Origin: Octopus vulgaris | Lineage: Eukaryota | Assembly: GCA_951406725.2 (NCBI GenBank) | Contig: OX597831.1 | Span: 42,284,001-42,348,000, forward strand | Direction of reading: 5' to 3' | DNA: 64,000 nucleotides | Shown here: piece by piece, positions 38,488-51,451 of the stretch | Layout of the letters: each line of letters begins with the position of its first letter | Position numbering within the stretch: the first letter of the stretch is position 1 | Made by a program: the position numbers and the translations under genes | Notes under the pieces: model-generated | Database searches by the model: none | Told to the model about the DNA's origin: nothing | Seen by the model: only the letters and a program-made list of their open reading frames with translations

Positions 38488-38695
38488 CTGTGTTTGTGTG
38501 TCTGTGTTTGTCCCCCTAGCATTGCTTGACAACCGATGGTGTGTTTACATCCCCGTCACTTAGCGGTTCGGTAAAAGAGGTCGATAGAATAAGTACTGGG
38601 CTTACAAAGAATAAGTCCCAAGGTCGATTTGCTCGACTAAAGGCGGTGCTCCAGCATGGCCGCAGTCAAAATGACTGGAGTGAGTAAAAGAGAGA
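38279..38695 (+). mobile_element. SINE family A, full length (tRNA-like head, CORE-like ccttgggcaag, central microsatellite, gaaacaagtaaaaga-type tail)
   Basis: A/B-box-like tggctgtgtggt and ggttcagtccc. Other copies: + at about 37597, 47850, 49815, 51492, 53024, 56232; - at about 18381, 19217, 27570, 48255, 62970. Head-only variants at about 5822, 33180, 60205. Confidence 0.88.
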
Positions 38696-39499
38696 GTATG
38701 TATTTATCAAAATTTAAAAAATTTTCCTTTTTTTTTGTTTTGTAATTTTAATGTACTAAGCTTTTTTTTATTATATTTAGTTGTAATTATTATTAAATTA
38801 AAGAAATCATTATCAATTCTTATTGTAGTATATGTGCACCTGAGCAATATACACAATAATTTCATCATTATTACTATGTTAAGGCAGGGAGCAAGCAGAA
38901 TCGTTAGCAGGCTGGTCAAAATGCTTAGCAGCATTTCATCCATCTTTATATCCTCAATTCAAATGCTGTCAGGATTGACTTTGCCTTTCATCCTTTTTGG
39001 GTTGATAAAATAAGTACCACTGGGCACTGGGGTTGATCTGATCGATTTATGTCCTCCCCAAAATTGCTGGTCTTGTGACAAAATTTGAAACCATTATTAT
39101 TTCTTATGTTTATATTCAATTTTCTTCAATTCTTTTAAAATCATTAGCAAAAAGAGTATAATTAAAGCCTCGTTGAAATATCCAAGCTGAGTCAAAAACT
39201 AATTAATCTCATTACAAAAGCAACAATACCATTATCTTTACAGCTTTTGTATATGTTGTCTTTTGTAAAATTATAAGTCTTCAACTGTCTTCTCCTTTCA
39301 GCTTATTTCTATCTAACTAGGTCTCTATTGTCTGCTAAGAGGACTTATTTATTTAAAAACTATTTAATTGTACTTTTAACAGAACAACTACCAATAACAG
39401 ACTGTAGTTTTGTATTGTATATTTGCCAGATTTTTCATTTGTTTTAATTTTTTTTTTCAAATTATTTATTTATTTATTTTTTTTGTTTTATTTTCCCAG

Positions 39500-39841
39500 A
39501 AATTACTGAAGGTAAACAAGAGGGGTGGTTCAATGCAGACTTCAGTTCTATGGCTAACAATACTCAAGAGCAGCAGCAACCAGCACAACAACAACCACAA
39601 CAACAGCAGCAGCAACAACCACCACAACAACAACAAGCGGTTAGCGATATAGGCTGGGATGCATTTGGCAACCAATCAAACGAAACTAACACTGAAGACA
39701 CGTGGGCAGCTGATATCACAACGGCAGCAGACAATACCTCTGCTGCTGCTGATACAACCACTACTACCACTACATCAACAACACCACCATCTACAATTAC
39801 TACTACCACTACTACTGTGGCTGACTCTAGACAATCTAGTG
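39500..39841 (+). CDS. ITSN1: Intersectin exon n (Q/T-rich linker with GWFNADF, polyQ, GWDAF, poly-T)
   Basis: ttttcccag acceptor, G|gtaggt donor; 342 nt, open, phase 1-1. Confidence 0.85.
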
Positions 39842-42800
39842 GTAGGTTACGTTTGCATCAGCCTGTCCCTCTCCATCGATTACAGTTTCGTGAAATCATT
39901 GCTGTCATCTTCAAATTTCAAACTTGAAACATTTCACCGTGTATATGTGTGTGTATGTGTGCATGTAGGTATATATAAGTATATATGTGTATATGTAGGT
40001 TATATATATATATTTAAATATGAAATTGGGATGACAAAGGAATAAATAATTGTGTTAGGAACTTCATTAGCTTACAGCTGTTTCTGCTACAGGCCAATTT
40101 CTTGTTACTGCTCTATAGTCGAATGGGGCTTCATTCTGAGGCATATGTATATTGAGTTCTAGCACCAGGTTATTAGTATCACAATGCCTAAGTGAAATTG
40201 TAATATATATATATCATTATATATATATATAATATGTATATATATATACATACATAACATTATAAAGAACTCGTAACAAGATCAATATCTACTTAATTTA
40301 AGTTACTCACTTTCCATCAGAGCATAGGCTGTCAATGACTTTTCTCCACTTTTTTGACTCTGGACTGTCCCAGAGGGAAGGCTTTTCTTATGTAAGGATG
40401 TTGGCCCAAAACTCATCCATTTTTACTTCTGGCAAGAGGTGGTCCATATTAGTCTGGCTTTTATCCTTTGACCTATCCAGTATAGGCGGCTCTACCAGGA
40501 GTTTGCACTCTGCTGGCATAGCTCTCAGGATCATAAGAGGCACATGAGCCACCTCACTATGACAAGGACTGGTATACAAGATTGTAGGATATACAAAAAC
40601 TGTATTTTAAGCTGATATCACATATACTCGACTATTAGTTTCATATTGTATCTGATTTTCAAGTGATTGATGTAAAAAAGAAAATACTGAATAAGTATGT
40701 TAACAATACAAATTTTATTTTATAGTGCAGAATATTACACACACATACACACACACAGTGTCATTCACACATGTATTATGATATGTATTTAACATAATTG
40801 TGTTTGTGTATGTATATGTGTGTGTGTCTGTGTGCTTGTCTTCATGTATGTGTATATATTGTGATAGCTTAAGGCCTAGTGGTTAGGGAGCTTAGGTCCT
40901 TGGTTCAATTCCTGGACCGAGTGGTGCATTGGGCCCTTGAGCAAGACTCTTCATTTCATATTGCTCCAGTTTACTCAACTGAAAATGTGTTTCAGCCATG
41001 TGCTGGTTCAGCTCTCGTTCTCTCAAGCTGTCATGCTCTGGACTTACCACATGTTATCAAGCCAAACTTGTTTGCAAGTGACAGCCAGCTCTGCAAGTGA
41101 CAGTATGTATCACTCTGTCTCTTCTCCCCATACACCATGTAACAGGGGACTGCATTGCATTGGAGTTGTCTTCTATTCAGTCCCCAGTTAGTGCCACTTT
41201 ATTGTCAGTCATCACTCTCTCTCCTCTATTACTTCCTCCTTTATCATTCATTAATCATATCTGTCACTTCTGCTCTCTTACCATCAACCATCTTCATCTT
41301 TGTCTATCACTTTCTCTCACATCACACCTTCCTCTATCATTCATTGTTGACACCTCTCACTCCCTCACCCTTTGTTCCCCCCCCACCACCATCATTGTTT
41401 CACTTCCACCCTGTCTTCATCCTTTCACTCTTGCTGCTCATAATGTTTCTATTCAATTTTTGACTATTAAATAGCGGTCTACCAGTTTCTCTTTCTTCCT
41501 TTATTCTCTCTTTCACCCTTTTACTCCTATCACTTTTGTTCTCTTCCATTACTCTCTCTCTTCTGTCACTTTCTCAATCATGTTATTTCTATCCAATCAC
41601 TTTACCAACCAACCCTTATGTAGCTGCTTACCTCTCCCTCACTCTCTCTTCCATTATTCCTTCTTTTATCATCATCATCATCATCATCCCCCCTTCTTAC
41701 TCTGCTTTTACCCTTCTTCCACTCTCCCTCTCTAGCTCTCTTCTCTTCTCTCTTTGTGTGTATGATAAAGAAAGGAACAAACGTACAGGGACAATCCTAT
41801 TCCTTCACAAGAGTTACCTTAGAACAAGTGGCTTGTATCACCACTCTCCACTATAGTTGTGAAGCTTGAAAAGACTATAGTCATATTAGAGCCTTGGTAT
41901 GCTTCAGTATTTGGCATTTCCAATGCATCCTGAGTATTACCTGGAATGATTGTGTACCTCACACTGAAATCCTTACACGAACTAACTTCAAAAGTTGAGG
42001 CCATGATCACTTAGTACAAGCCGCAGTGGCTTTCAGTACAGGGCAAGGATATCTCCATGCTGGTTATTTGTCAGAGTGGTGGTATATGGTCAGCTACATC
42101 ATGGCTGATGCTGAACTGGTGGGCCAAAAAAGCACTATAAGTATTAGAGGACGAGCACTTTGAGGAAGTGCAGCCTCAAACCCAAGGATCTAGTGGATGT
42201 CATCATTGCTGACTATCTCACTCAAAGGCTGTTGTGTATAGATGTGGTTTGTTGCTGCAGGGGGATAACAACTCTTAAATGCATGCATCCCACAGTTTGG
42301 TCAGATGGTGCTTTGAGCTGATTTTGTGTATTTACATCCATTTGTCTACAGTGAGAAATTTTCTCCTTGAAAAAAACACAACGAATGGGTTTTTTTTATG
42401 GGTTTGGATATGCCTCAATCATATTTGAGCTGGTATTAATTTTGTATTTATACACATTACTACTCAGCGCTGTCACCCATATGAGATTTGTATGCTGGAA
42501 GTGGAGAGGACAATAGGAAAAGACAATTTAAGAGAGCCAGCAGAGATGCAGCCATGGTTCTGTCATTACTATTGACACTGTTACCAAATATACCTATAAT
42601 AGAGCTTGTGAATTCAAGATAGGACTGTTTAACTTCAAAAATATATATGTATATGTATGCATGTGTGTGTATACGTATGCTTGTATGTTATGTGTAACTA
42701 TGTATGTATGTATATACACTCACAAACACATTATGTACTGTCAGATTTCTCAGTATCCTTCACAGATAGTCTGGAGACATGTGGCCTTGTGGTTAGGATG

Positions 42801-43884
42801 TTGGACTCATGATTGTAAGATTGTGGTTTCAATTCCTGGCTCGGGCAACATGTTATGATGTTCTCAAGCAAAACACCTCATTTCATGTTGCTACAATTCA
42901 CTCTGCTGGTAATCCTGAGTAATCCTGTAACAGAGCAGCATATATATGCCACAGAAAACTGGGAAACTGGCCCTTATGAGTCCATAGGGCTTGAGAATGT
43001 TACTTTTTCGTAGACCATACTTTATGCTAGCAGTTTTCTTAATGCAAGACTATATTCAACAAAATAACTGTCATGTTGACTATGACAATTTATTATATGT
43101 ATAAGCAATGCAGGCAATGTGAAATAGACTTTAAAATGTTTGTTTATGCAGTCAAAAGAATGTTTGGTTCCAACTTAGCAGTCATCAACTTAGCAACACG
43201 CTCTACTTAAATGTATCTATGCTGTAACTCAATATCATAGGATAGTAATAAGTACTTTCACCAGTATGTGTCTAATGCTTTAAGATTTTATACCAATATA
43301 GCCTTGCACAAGAATTCAATTCAGTCTAATTGGTGTAGAGGTTTGTGTAATGTATTCATTATTTGCACCAATTTTGGGCAAACTTCAGCCAAAATCCAAG
43401 CTTTAGTGAAGGAACTTTAATATATGACTGTTTAGCAATTCACTCTTGTTGTTAGAATACCACTACAAAAAGTATACCATTTTCAGAGTTCTACTGCTGG
43501 AACTGCCCACTAATAATGGTAACAACTGCTCACTTTGTGATGATCCCTGCAGCTTCCATTATATCATCTGTCAGGCATAGTACCCAGTACACTGTAAAGT
43601 GGTTAGTGTTAGGAATGGTGTCCAGTTGTAAAGATCAAGCCAAAATAGACTATGGAACCTGGTGTGGCTTTTAGCCTTGCCAACTCTTGTCAAACTGTCC
43701 AACCCATGCCAATATGGAAATTGGACATTAAATAATGATGATAATGAAATGAATTTTTTAAAAATCCATTTATATTAAGGACATTAAAAACGCTTTAGTT
43801 TATATCAGGTTATCTTTTGCCTATCCCATCAAAGAGCACAATTTAGGATTAAGATTAAAAAAAAACAAGCCTATCTTCAGAAAC

Positions 43885-44078
43885 TATTCATATTTGATGG
43901 CATATAAGATGCACATTTTGTCCAGTAAAAAAAAAATCCTTTAAAAAAATCACCCTATGTTCTGTATGTGACGTTGGGCCTATATTACATGCTTTGATGC
44001 ATTAAAAGCTTTGTGCTGCTGAAATTGGGGTGCATCTGATATATTTAGTGCATCTTCTATGCTATCAGATATGATGCA
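43885..44078. mobile_element. Old MITE with decayed TIRs
   Basis: catatttgatggcatataagatgcac versus the reverse complement of gtgcatcttctatgctatcagatatg. Confidence 0.55.
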
Positions 44079-46567
44079 TTTAGGAAGGTTGATTATTTAA
44101 TGAAGTTGCTGTGGTGAAGTAAAGTAAACCCTGACCCTTGTCCCGTACATAAATCACCCAATGTCGTCATGGTTGTCAGCTGGAGTTAAACCAAGAAACC
44201 ATTTATCCGTCAAATTAAAACTAACCTCAACAACTAGTGGATAACACTACTCCCTCTCCCCATCTTTAAGCGTAAACTCACATTTGCTGAGAAAGACATT
44301 AAATTTTCCGTTTCAAAAAGCTCTGCTTCTCCAATTGTTAGCTCATGGAGGATGGTGTATGTATTGAACCTACTGTTTTCACATTTCAAAGTGAGTAATT
44401 GACAGTCATTAGTTTTCAACCTAGATAGTATATTTATATTTACATCCCTCTCTCTCTTTCTCTCTCTCTCTCCTTGTTAGTATCGCTCAAGCATGCTGCA
44501 TTCATCTTCTATTTATTTCTCTCTCTTTCTCTCGCTCTCTCTCTCTGTTCTATGAAAGTTATTTTGAGATGTTGTCTATTTTATGTTCACTCCTAAGTTC
44601 ACTTTATAATTCTACCATCACATTACTTGCATTTTTTTTTGTTGTTGATTTCTAACTATAGAAAAACTAATTTAGATTTATTCAGTTGGAGAGTACCATT
44701 GTCTTTTATTGGACATCCAGGCATTTAGAAAGCATGATGTTTTCCATATTTTATTTGACTCTGGCTAAAGCCATCATCTCTTGGGAATTTAAACATTATT
44801 GTACTTCATAAGTGGGGGAAAAAAAACAACAACAAACAACAACAGCAAAAAAAAAATGGGTATATCAAAAGCTGAATGTTCAAATTCTAAGAAGATTGCT
44901 GTCACAATTCAGGGTATCTGAAATGTTAAAAGAGACAATGAAGAAAAACACACCCTGATTGGTACAATTAAGTTATAAAGTCTCCATAAGTAAGACATGG
45001 TCTTAGACTTTGAATTCAAGCTTTGATATGAACAATGTTCTATAAATTTTAGCAAGATATTTTGATGTCTTTACTCATGTCTATATATAATCTAGAAACT
45101 AAATTCATATCTGACTTGTTTATTATTCAATGGGCATTTATTTATAAAGTGCATTAGATTATAAGAACACAAGTATTTTCAGGTGTTCCAATCTAGCCCT
45201 TTAGCATTCAGATTACTCTGTCAGATGTAATGCTTATTTATTCAAATTCTTTAAAGTTCATCCTGTATTATTTAAGCTTCGAAATTTCGATGATTTGATT
45301 GTTTATTTTTAGAATGACATTGTAGGGTAGGTATAAAGCAGGTAGAATATTTGGGCCAGATATGGTCAGTTTAAATGCTAAAGGGCTAGCCAGCTTTTGC
45401 TCTGATAATGAGAAAAGGGGATGTGATTAGCTGTAAAACATTTTGGTAATTTTCTCTGCCAAAACAAGTTTTGTTTCAAAAATTCTTAAATTCTGAAGAA
45501 ATGTGATAACATTGTAATCTATGCTTTATCCAGAGTTTCAAACCAATATTGATTATTAGTGTTTTTTTTTTGTAAAGTTGTTAAATTAACATTTAACAAG
45601 AAACAAAGCAGACCCTGACCTCTGCAAAAAAATAAACAAAATATATGATAATGAAAAATAGAAAAAAAACGTGACCCACTGTTAGTTTCACTTGTTAGCT
45701 GCATGCCACTACTTAAGTTCTATTCACTAAGTGTTCTGTAGTTTTTTTAGCACACCTCTGTCCCATCTGAGTGGGAATTAGTGTCAGCATCTAATTTGCA
45801 CACCTATTTTTTTGTAGTTCTGTTGTATTATATATTATATGAAAGGCTGGGTTATTGTTGTTGTTGTTGTTTCTTTTTATTGCCATTCAATAACAACTAA
45901 TTAACTCGTTAATTTTTCTTTTCTTTTTTTTTGCCAAAGAATTTCATATAACAGATATGTATTTTTTTGTCTCTATTTTCTAGAAATAATAATTAATTTA
46001 TTTTCATCCTCTCCAACACTGAAATTGGAGAAATATTTACAATTTCAGTACAAATTACATATTGTATTGTATTATGTATTATATTGTATTATATTATATC
46101 AAATTATATTCAACAGCTGAGGAAAAAATATGTTGATGAGGTATGAGCTACCATCTCATATAGGTGGTGAGTTGGCTATGCCACAGCACAGACAGACAGT
46201 CACATGTTTCATTGTCTCTCTCTCTCCCTTTCTTTCTCTCTGAGCAAACTTCCTGATGTTGTCTCACTGATGTTGAAGAATAAATACCATTTGTCTTTCT
46301 GGCGGACATTTGCCTGTGATAGAGAAATATCTTATCCAGGAAAGAGTTGTCTCTCATTTGTTTAACATGTTTGTTTTATAGTTTGACTTCCTATGTTCAG
46401 TGTTGTAATAATGTTTAACAAAAAGAAAGAAGAATTATTATAAAAAGCCCCAAGTAAAACTTTGTAATATTCAATTAGTGCATTAATTCATGTTGAGCCA
46501 CACACACACATACACCTGTAGTATTAATAAAATGCAGGAAACAGGTATGGTATTCAATGCTTTATAA

Positions 46568-46657
46568 AACATACATGTGTTTTGACGAATTAACTGTTAT
46601 GATTTTGTAAATGCTATTGAAACATCATATAATCTTGTAATTTACCTCTTCAGTGTT
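46568..46657 (-). ncRNA. Degenerate type I hammerhead motif (G12A)
   Basis: Minus strand AACA-CTGAAGA-GGTAAATT...AATTCGTC-AAAA-CACATGTA-TGTT. Confidence 0.55.
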
Positions 46658-47720
46658 CAGCAAAAAATATTATGTGTGCACACACACTCACACACACACA
46701 CATACACTTGTGCTGTAGTTTCCATGTAAAATAAGGCATAAACCATTCAAGTCGATAGTACTTAAAAAACAGTGCTTTATCTAAAACATTTTCTTTGATA
46801 ATATTATTTTAATTGTCACGGCATGTGTTTTAGTGTTACACTACCAACAACCTTAACTATGGAATGAAATCCAGACATGACATAATGAAACAGTTACAAA
46901 GATATATGAATGCATAATGTATGCATCAAAATAGAAATAAGAACATTTGTATAACATGAAGTTACTTCATGTCCTGCCAGTTTTCATTATTCACAGCTTT
47001 TGCTGTGAATAACATCTTTTGCTAGTACAAAATAATATACGTATTTTATACTGCCACTACCCAACAATATTTAAGCTAAATTTCTCCCTGCTAAACATGT
47101 GTGCAGTCATGGTTGTGTGCTTAGAAAGCTTGCTTCACAACTATGTGGTTTTGAGTTCAGTTCCACCGTACAGCATCTTGAGCAAAAGTGTCTTCGAACA
47201 CAGCCTTGCAAGTTTGTATTTGGTTGACAGAAACCTATTGGTAGAACTTTTCAGGTTGGTTGATTTAACCATTGTATAGTTTTAATATCTCTCAATACCT
47301 CATCACTTGAGTGACAATAGTAGAGACCTCTCTGTTGCAAGCAATCAAACTTCCTGCATTCTTTCCATGAGACATGAAGATACCAAGAAGATTATGGGCA
47401 CTTCCCTTCCTCTGCTGACTATATAACTTAAATAACTAAGCTATAAACCCAGAGATACCTCTTGTTCTATTATCTCTAAGGACATTTATCACTTCATCGA
47501 AAAACCATTTACTGTGCCATTTAGCCCCAAATTTTTCCTGTATTGTTTGTGAATAATGACTTACCATGTTTGTTTGTTATTTTGTAATCTTTTTTTTATT
47601 TCCCTCACACTCAAACTTAAATTTCAAACTGATGTAATGTTCTTCTCTTTCAAAAGACAACCTGTTGTCGTGTGCCTTGTCTCTTTTGTGACATATCTTC
47701 CTTTATTATTGTTTTTATAG

Positions 47721-47803
47721 TTAAAAAGCAGTACAGAGCCCTTTATCAGTTTGAGGCCAGAAACCATGATGAATTGTCTTTGATGCCTGGAGATGTCATC
47801 ATA
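47721..47803 (+). CDS. ITSN1: Intersectin exon o (SH3A N-half: VKKQYRALYQFEARNHDELSLMPGDVII)
   Basis: tttatag acceptor, ATA|gtaagt donor; SH3 ALYxF...DEL...GD motif. Confidence 0.95.
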
Positions 47804-50268
47804 GTAAGTTATCATTACTCTGATATAAAAAAAAAAAACTTTCTTTTATTTGGGCAAGTGTCTTCTACTATAGCCTTGGGTCAATCAAAGCCATGTCAGT
47901 GGATTTGGTAGACAAAAACTGAAAGAAGCCTTTCATATGTATATATATATATATATCTCTGTCTGTATTTGTGTATCTGTGTTTGTACCCCCACCATCGC
48001 TTGACAATTGATGTTGGTGTGTTTACGTTACCTCTAACTTAGTGGTTTGGCAAAAGAGGCCAATAGAGTAAGTACTAGGCTTATAAAGAATAAATCCTGG
48101 AGTCGATTTGTTTGACTAATGGTAGTGCCCCAGCATGGCTGCTGTAAAAATGACTGAAAAAAGTAAAAGAATAAAAGAATACAAGAAGTCTTCAAATTTC
48201 CCAATGAAATGGAATGAAAAAAAGTTAAGTAAAATAAAGTAGAATCTTTAATCATTTACTTGTTTGTGATTAGACTGCAGCCATGCTGGAGCACTGCCCT
48301 AAGGAATTTTAGTTGAATGGATTGACACCAGTACTTATTTTTTTAAAGCCTGGTATTTATTCCAGTTGGTCTCTTTTACCAAACCACTAACGTATGGGGA
48401 TGTAAATAACCAACACTGGTTGTCAAGTGATGGTGGAGGACAAACACAGATACAAATATACACATGCACACACACACTTGCATGTGACAGGCTTATTACA
48501 GTTTTTGTTTTCCAAATCTGCTCGCAAGGCTTTGGTCAGCCCAAGGCTATAGCAGAAGACACTTGCCCAAGGTGCCACACAGTGGGACTGGACTTGGAAC
48601 CATGTGGTTGGGAAGGAAACTTCATGTTATCAAGAAATTTTCATCTACTTCCTGAGAATGCTTATGCCTCTCTCTCTCTCTCTACACACACACATACACA
48701 TGAAGATTCAACAAGCTCCCACATAATTCCCCATTACCAAATTTTTCTCTCAAGGCTATTGCAGGAGACACTTTCCCAAAGCATCACTTGGCAAGGTCTC
48801 AGAACCACAGAAGTGAAGCAAGTTTTTCAACCAAACAACCAAATATTTGCATTGAATTTTTTAAAAAATAATTTCAATCTTAAGTGCTTTGTTTCTTCAT
48901 TGTAATTCTTTCTAAGTTCTCAATGTTGTCAACATTTCTAGTTCTTAAGTACTCAGTACATGGAGTAGAGTATATTCCTTTGAAATGACTTCATCACTGC
49001 TTTGTTTATCATTTATCTTTTACTTGTCCCAGTCATTGGACTGTGGCCATACTTGGGCACTGCCTTGAAGGGCTTAATCAAACAAATTGATCCCTGCACT
49101 ACATTGTTGAAGATGTCTTTCCCTTTTCTAAAATGGTAGGAGTGTTACGTGAGGGAGATTTGGCTACTATTTCAAATTTAGTAAGTGCATCAAGATTCCC
49201 TATTTGGCTCATTGCAGATTTTATTTAGCAAGTTTTCAGTAAAAGTAAATGGTTTTTAATTTTCTCCACCAAGCTCATATGAGTGTAACTAAATATATGT
49301 CACAACATATTCTTATATTGCTAAATTAACTGCTCCAGCTTGTACGTGCCATGCATAAATAATTAGTCTGTCTTTACGTGCTGTAAAGAAGTTGTTTAGT
49401 CTCAGGTCAGCCATAAGGAGGCTAAACCTATGATCAAAGTATTTCCAACCATCACAATGCTATATCTCTTAGTCACAGCACATACAGAAACATGTTACCT
49501 AATGTGTTTAGTTCTAAGACACTAGGTGATTTAGTTGCTCTTTCTAGCAAGTCAACTGACTGCATAGAGGTTCATTCTTTGGTTTATCAATGGGACATTT
49601 CATACATCTCATTTGCAATGACTCTTTCATTTTCTGGCAAATGAAAATTAGTTTTATTCCTATTAAATACAAGCTACTATTTAGGAAACAAGGCCTAGAA
49701 AGGAGTTTCTCATGTTTTGTCTTTCAAGGGATACCAAAGACCTAGTTACCAGTTACCTGACAGTAGTTATACAAACATGTTGTAAAAAAGCAGAAATGCT
49801 GCCAAAACTCTTGATAGGTGCAGGCATAGCTGCATGGTTAAGAAGCTTGCTTTACCACCACATGGTTTTGGGTTCAGTCCCACTGTGCAGTACCCTGAGC
49901 AAGTTCCTTTTACTTTAACCTCAGGCCGATCAATGTCTTGTCACTGAATTTGGTAGATAGAAACTGTGTTGAAGCCCACTGTTTACATAATGTGTTGGTC
50001 TGTCCCACCATCACCACTTCACAACTTTGATTTGTTCAATTAATCAACTCCAGAGTGGTACTCCAGCATGACGACAGTTCAATGTTTGAAGCAAGTAAAA
50101 GATGTAAAGTGGTTTTTTGTATGTGTGTGGTCACAGTTGTTTCGCAGTATTGTATTTCCGTTGAGTCGTAATTCTCATAGATGTTTCCTTGTCTCTCCAA
50201 GTGCCATAAAAAGTTTTAATTGATAATATTTGTTTATTCATTTGTATTTCTTATTTTCTTTTTAACAG

Positions 50269-50396
50269 GTGGCATCAGCTGAAGATGAAACTGTTCCTGG
50301 TTGGGTCAGTGGAGAACTTGATGGGCGAAGCGGCTGGATTCCCAAAGACTATATGGAGTACATCGGTGATATTGAAGACACCGCTAATTTTGCAAA
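50269..50396 (+). CDS. ITSN1: Intersectin exon p (SH3A C-half: VASAEDETVPGWVSGELDGRSGWIPKDYME...)
   Basis: ttaacag acceptor; AA|gtgatt donor (weak, but phase 2 fits the next exon); SH3 PGW.G....GW.P..Y. Confidence 0.9.
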
Positions 50397-50446
50397 GTGA
50401 TTATTGTTTCTGTTTTGGAAATAATTTCTTTAAAAATATATAATGA

Positions 50447-50822
50447 CTAGCAGTATCGCCCGGCGTTGCTCGGGTTTGTAAGGGAAATAACTATAAAGCA
50501 TTTTTAGAGAGTTATAGCCAAAAAATAGCAAAAAAAAAGGAAAAAAATGATGGTAAATTTTTTTTTAGAGTTAAAAAGGTCGAGTTGCGCCCCCTAGACA
50601 GTCTGTGGTTTGTCTTTCTGATTCTCGACCCCATGTCGAATTTATCGATTTTTTTCAGAACTGGGGGAACTTTTCAAAATTTTCGCTGCGTTAGTTTTGA
50701 ATTATGACATTGGGCTATGTGTGTGTCAAGTTTCATCAGAATCGGTTGAAAGCCGTGGTCAGGGTGAGGGTACAACCTGACAGACACACAGACAGACAAA
50801 CCGCCGTTTATATAGAGAGAGA
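50447..50822 (-). mobile_element. Non-autonomous Helitron
   Basis: Minus strand begins TCTCTCTCTATATAAACGGC with a (gtct)n tract; ends with the same hairpin + CTAG as 15768; A|T site, 50 nt from the exon p donor. Confidence 0.85.
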
Positions 50823-51024
50823 TTTCAAATTTTTGCCACAAAGGCAGCTTGGGGGAGGGGATTAAGTCACATCAACCCCAATGCGTAACTGGAACTCATT
50901 TCATCGACCCTGAAAGAATGAAAGGCAGAGTCAACTTTGGTAGAATTTGAGCTCAGAATGTAGCAGCAGATGAAATACTGCTAAGCATTTCACCTGGCAT
51001 GCTAACGGTTCTGCCAGCTTGCTG

Positions 51025-51063
<39 letters not shown>

Positions 51064-51246
51064 AATAATAATAAGTGAAATTGTCATACAACAGCAACAG
51101 GGCTATTGCCACCAGAAGACAGTCTTTTTCTATTCAAAGCACATATTCCTTTATGCACACACATGCACACGCGCACGCGTAAAATGTTATGGAGCATAAT
51201 ACTTGAATATAAAATATACATCCCAACTAAAGTTTACACACACACT

Positions 51247-51451
51247 AGGAGGTGCTGCAAAGTTCCTTACTTTAAGGGTGCTGTGAAAAGCCTGGTTGGA
51301 GGCCCAACCTTCCGAGTTCTTTAACAGGGCTTAGAAAAGCTGAAGGACTGCTGCAATAAGTGTGGGAATCTGAGAGAGGAATGTGTTGCATAAAATCATA
51401 ATTAATTGATCCTCCTGTACTTTCTTTTGCCCAAAGCCAGGAACTTTTCAG

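Noticed and set aside
41780-42100. Possible old LINE remnant on the minus strand
   Set aside because: No motif could be read with confidence; it needs a profile search.
48366-48905. Recurrent ORFs of the QGFGRPEAIVEDTCPRCH type (also 37561, 38190, 51272)
   Set aside because: Antisense translations of SINE family A, not a protein family.
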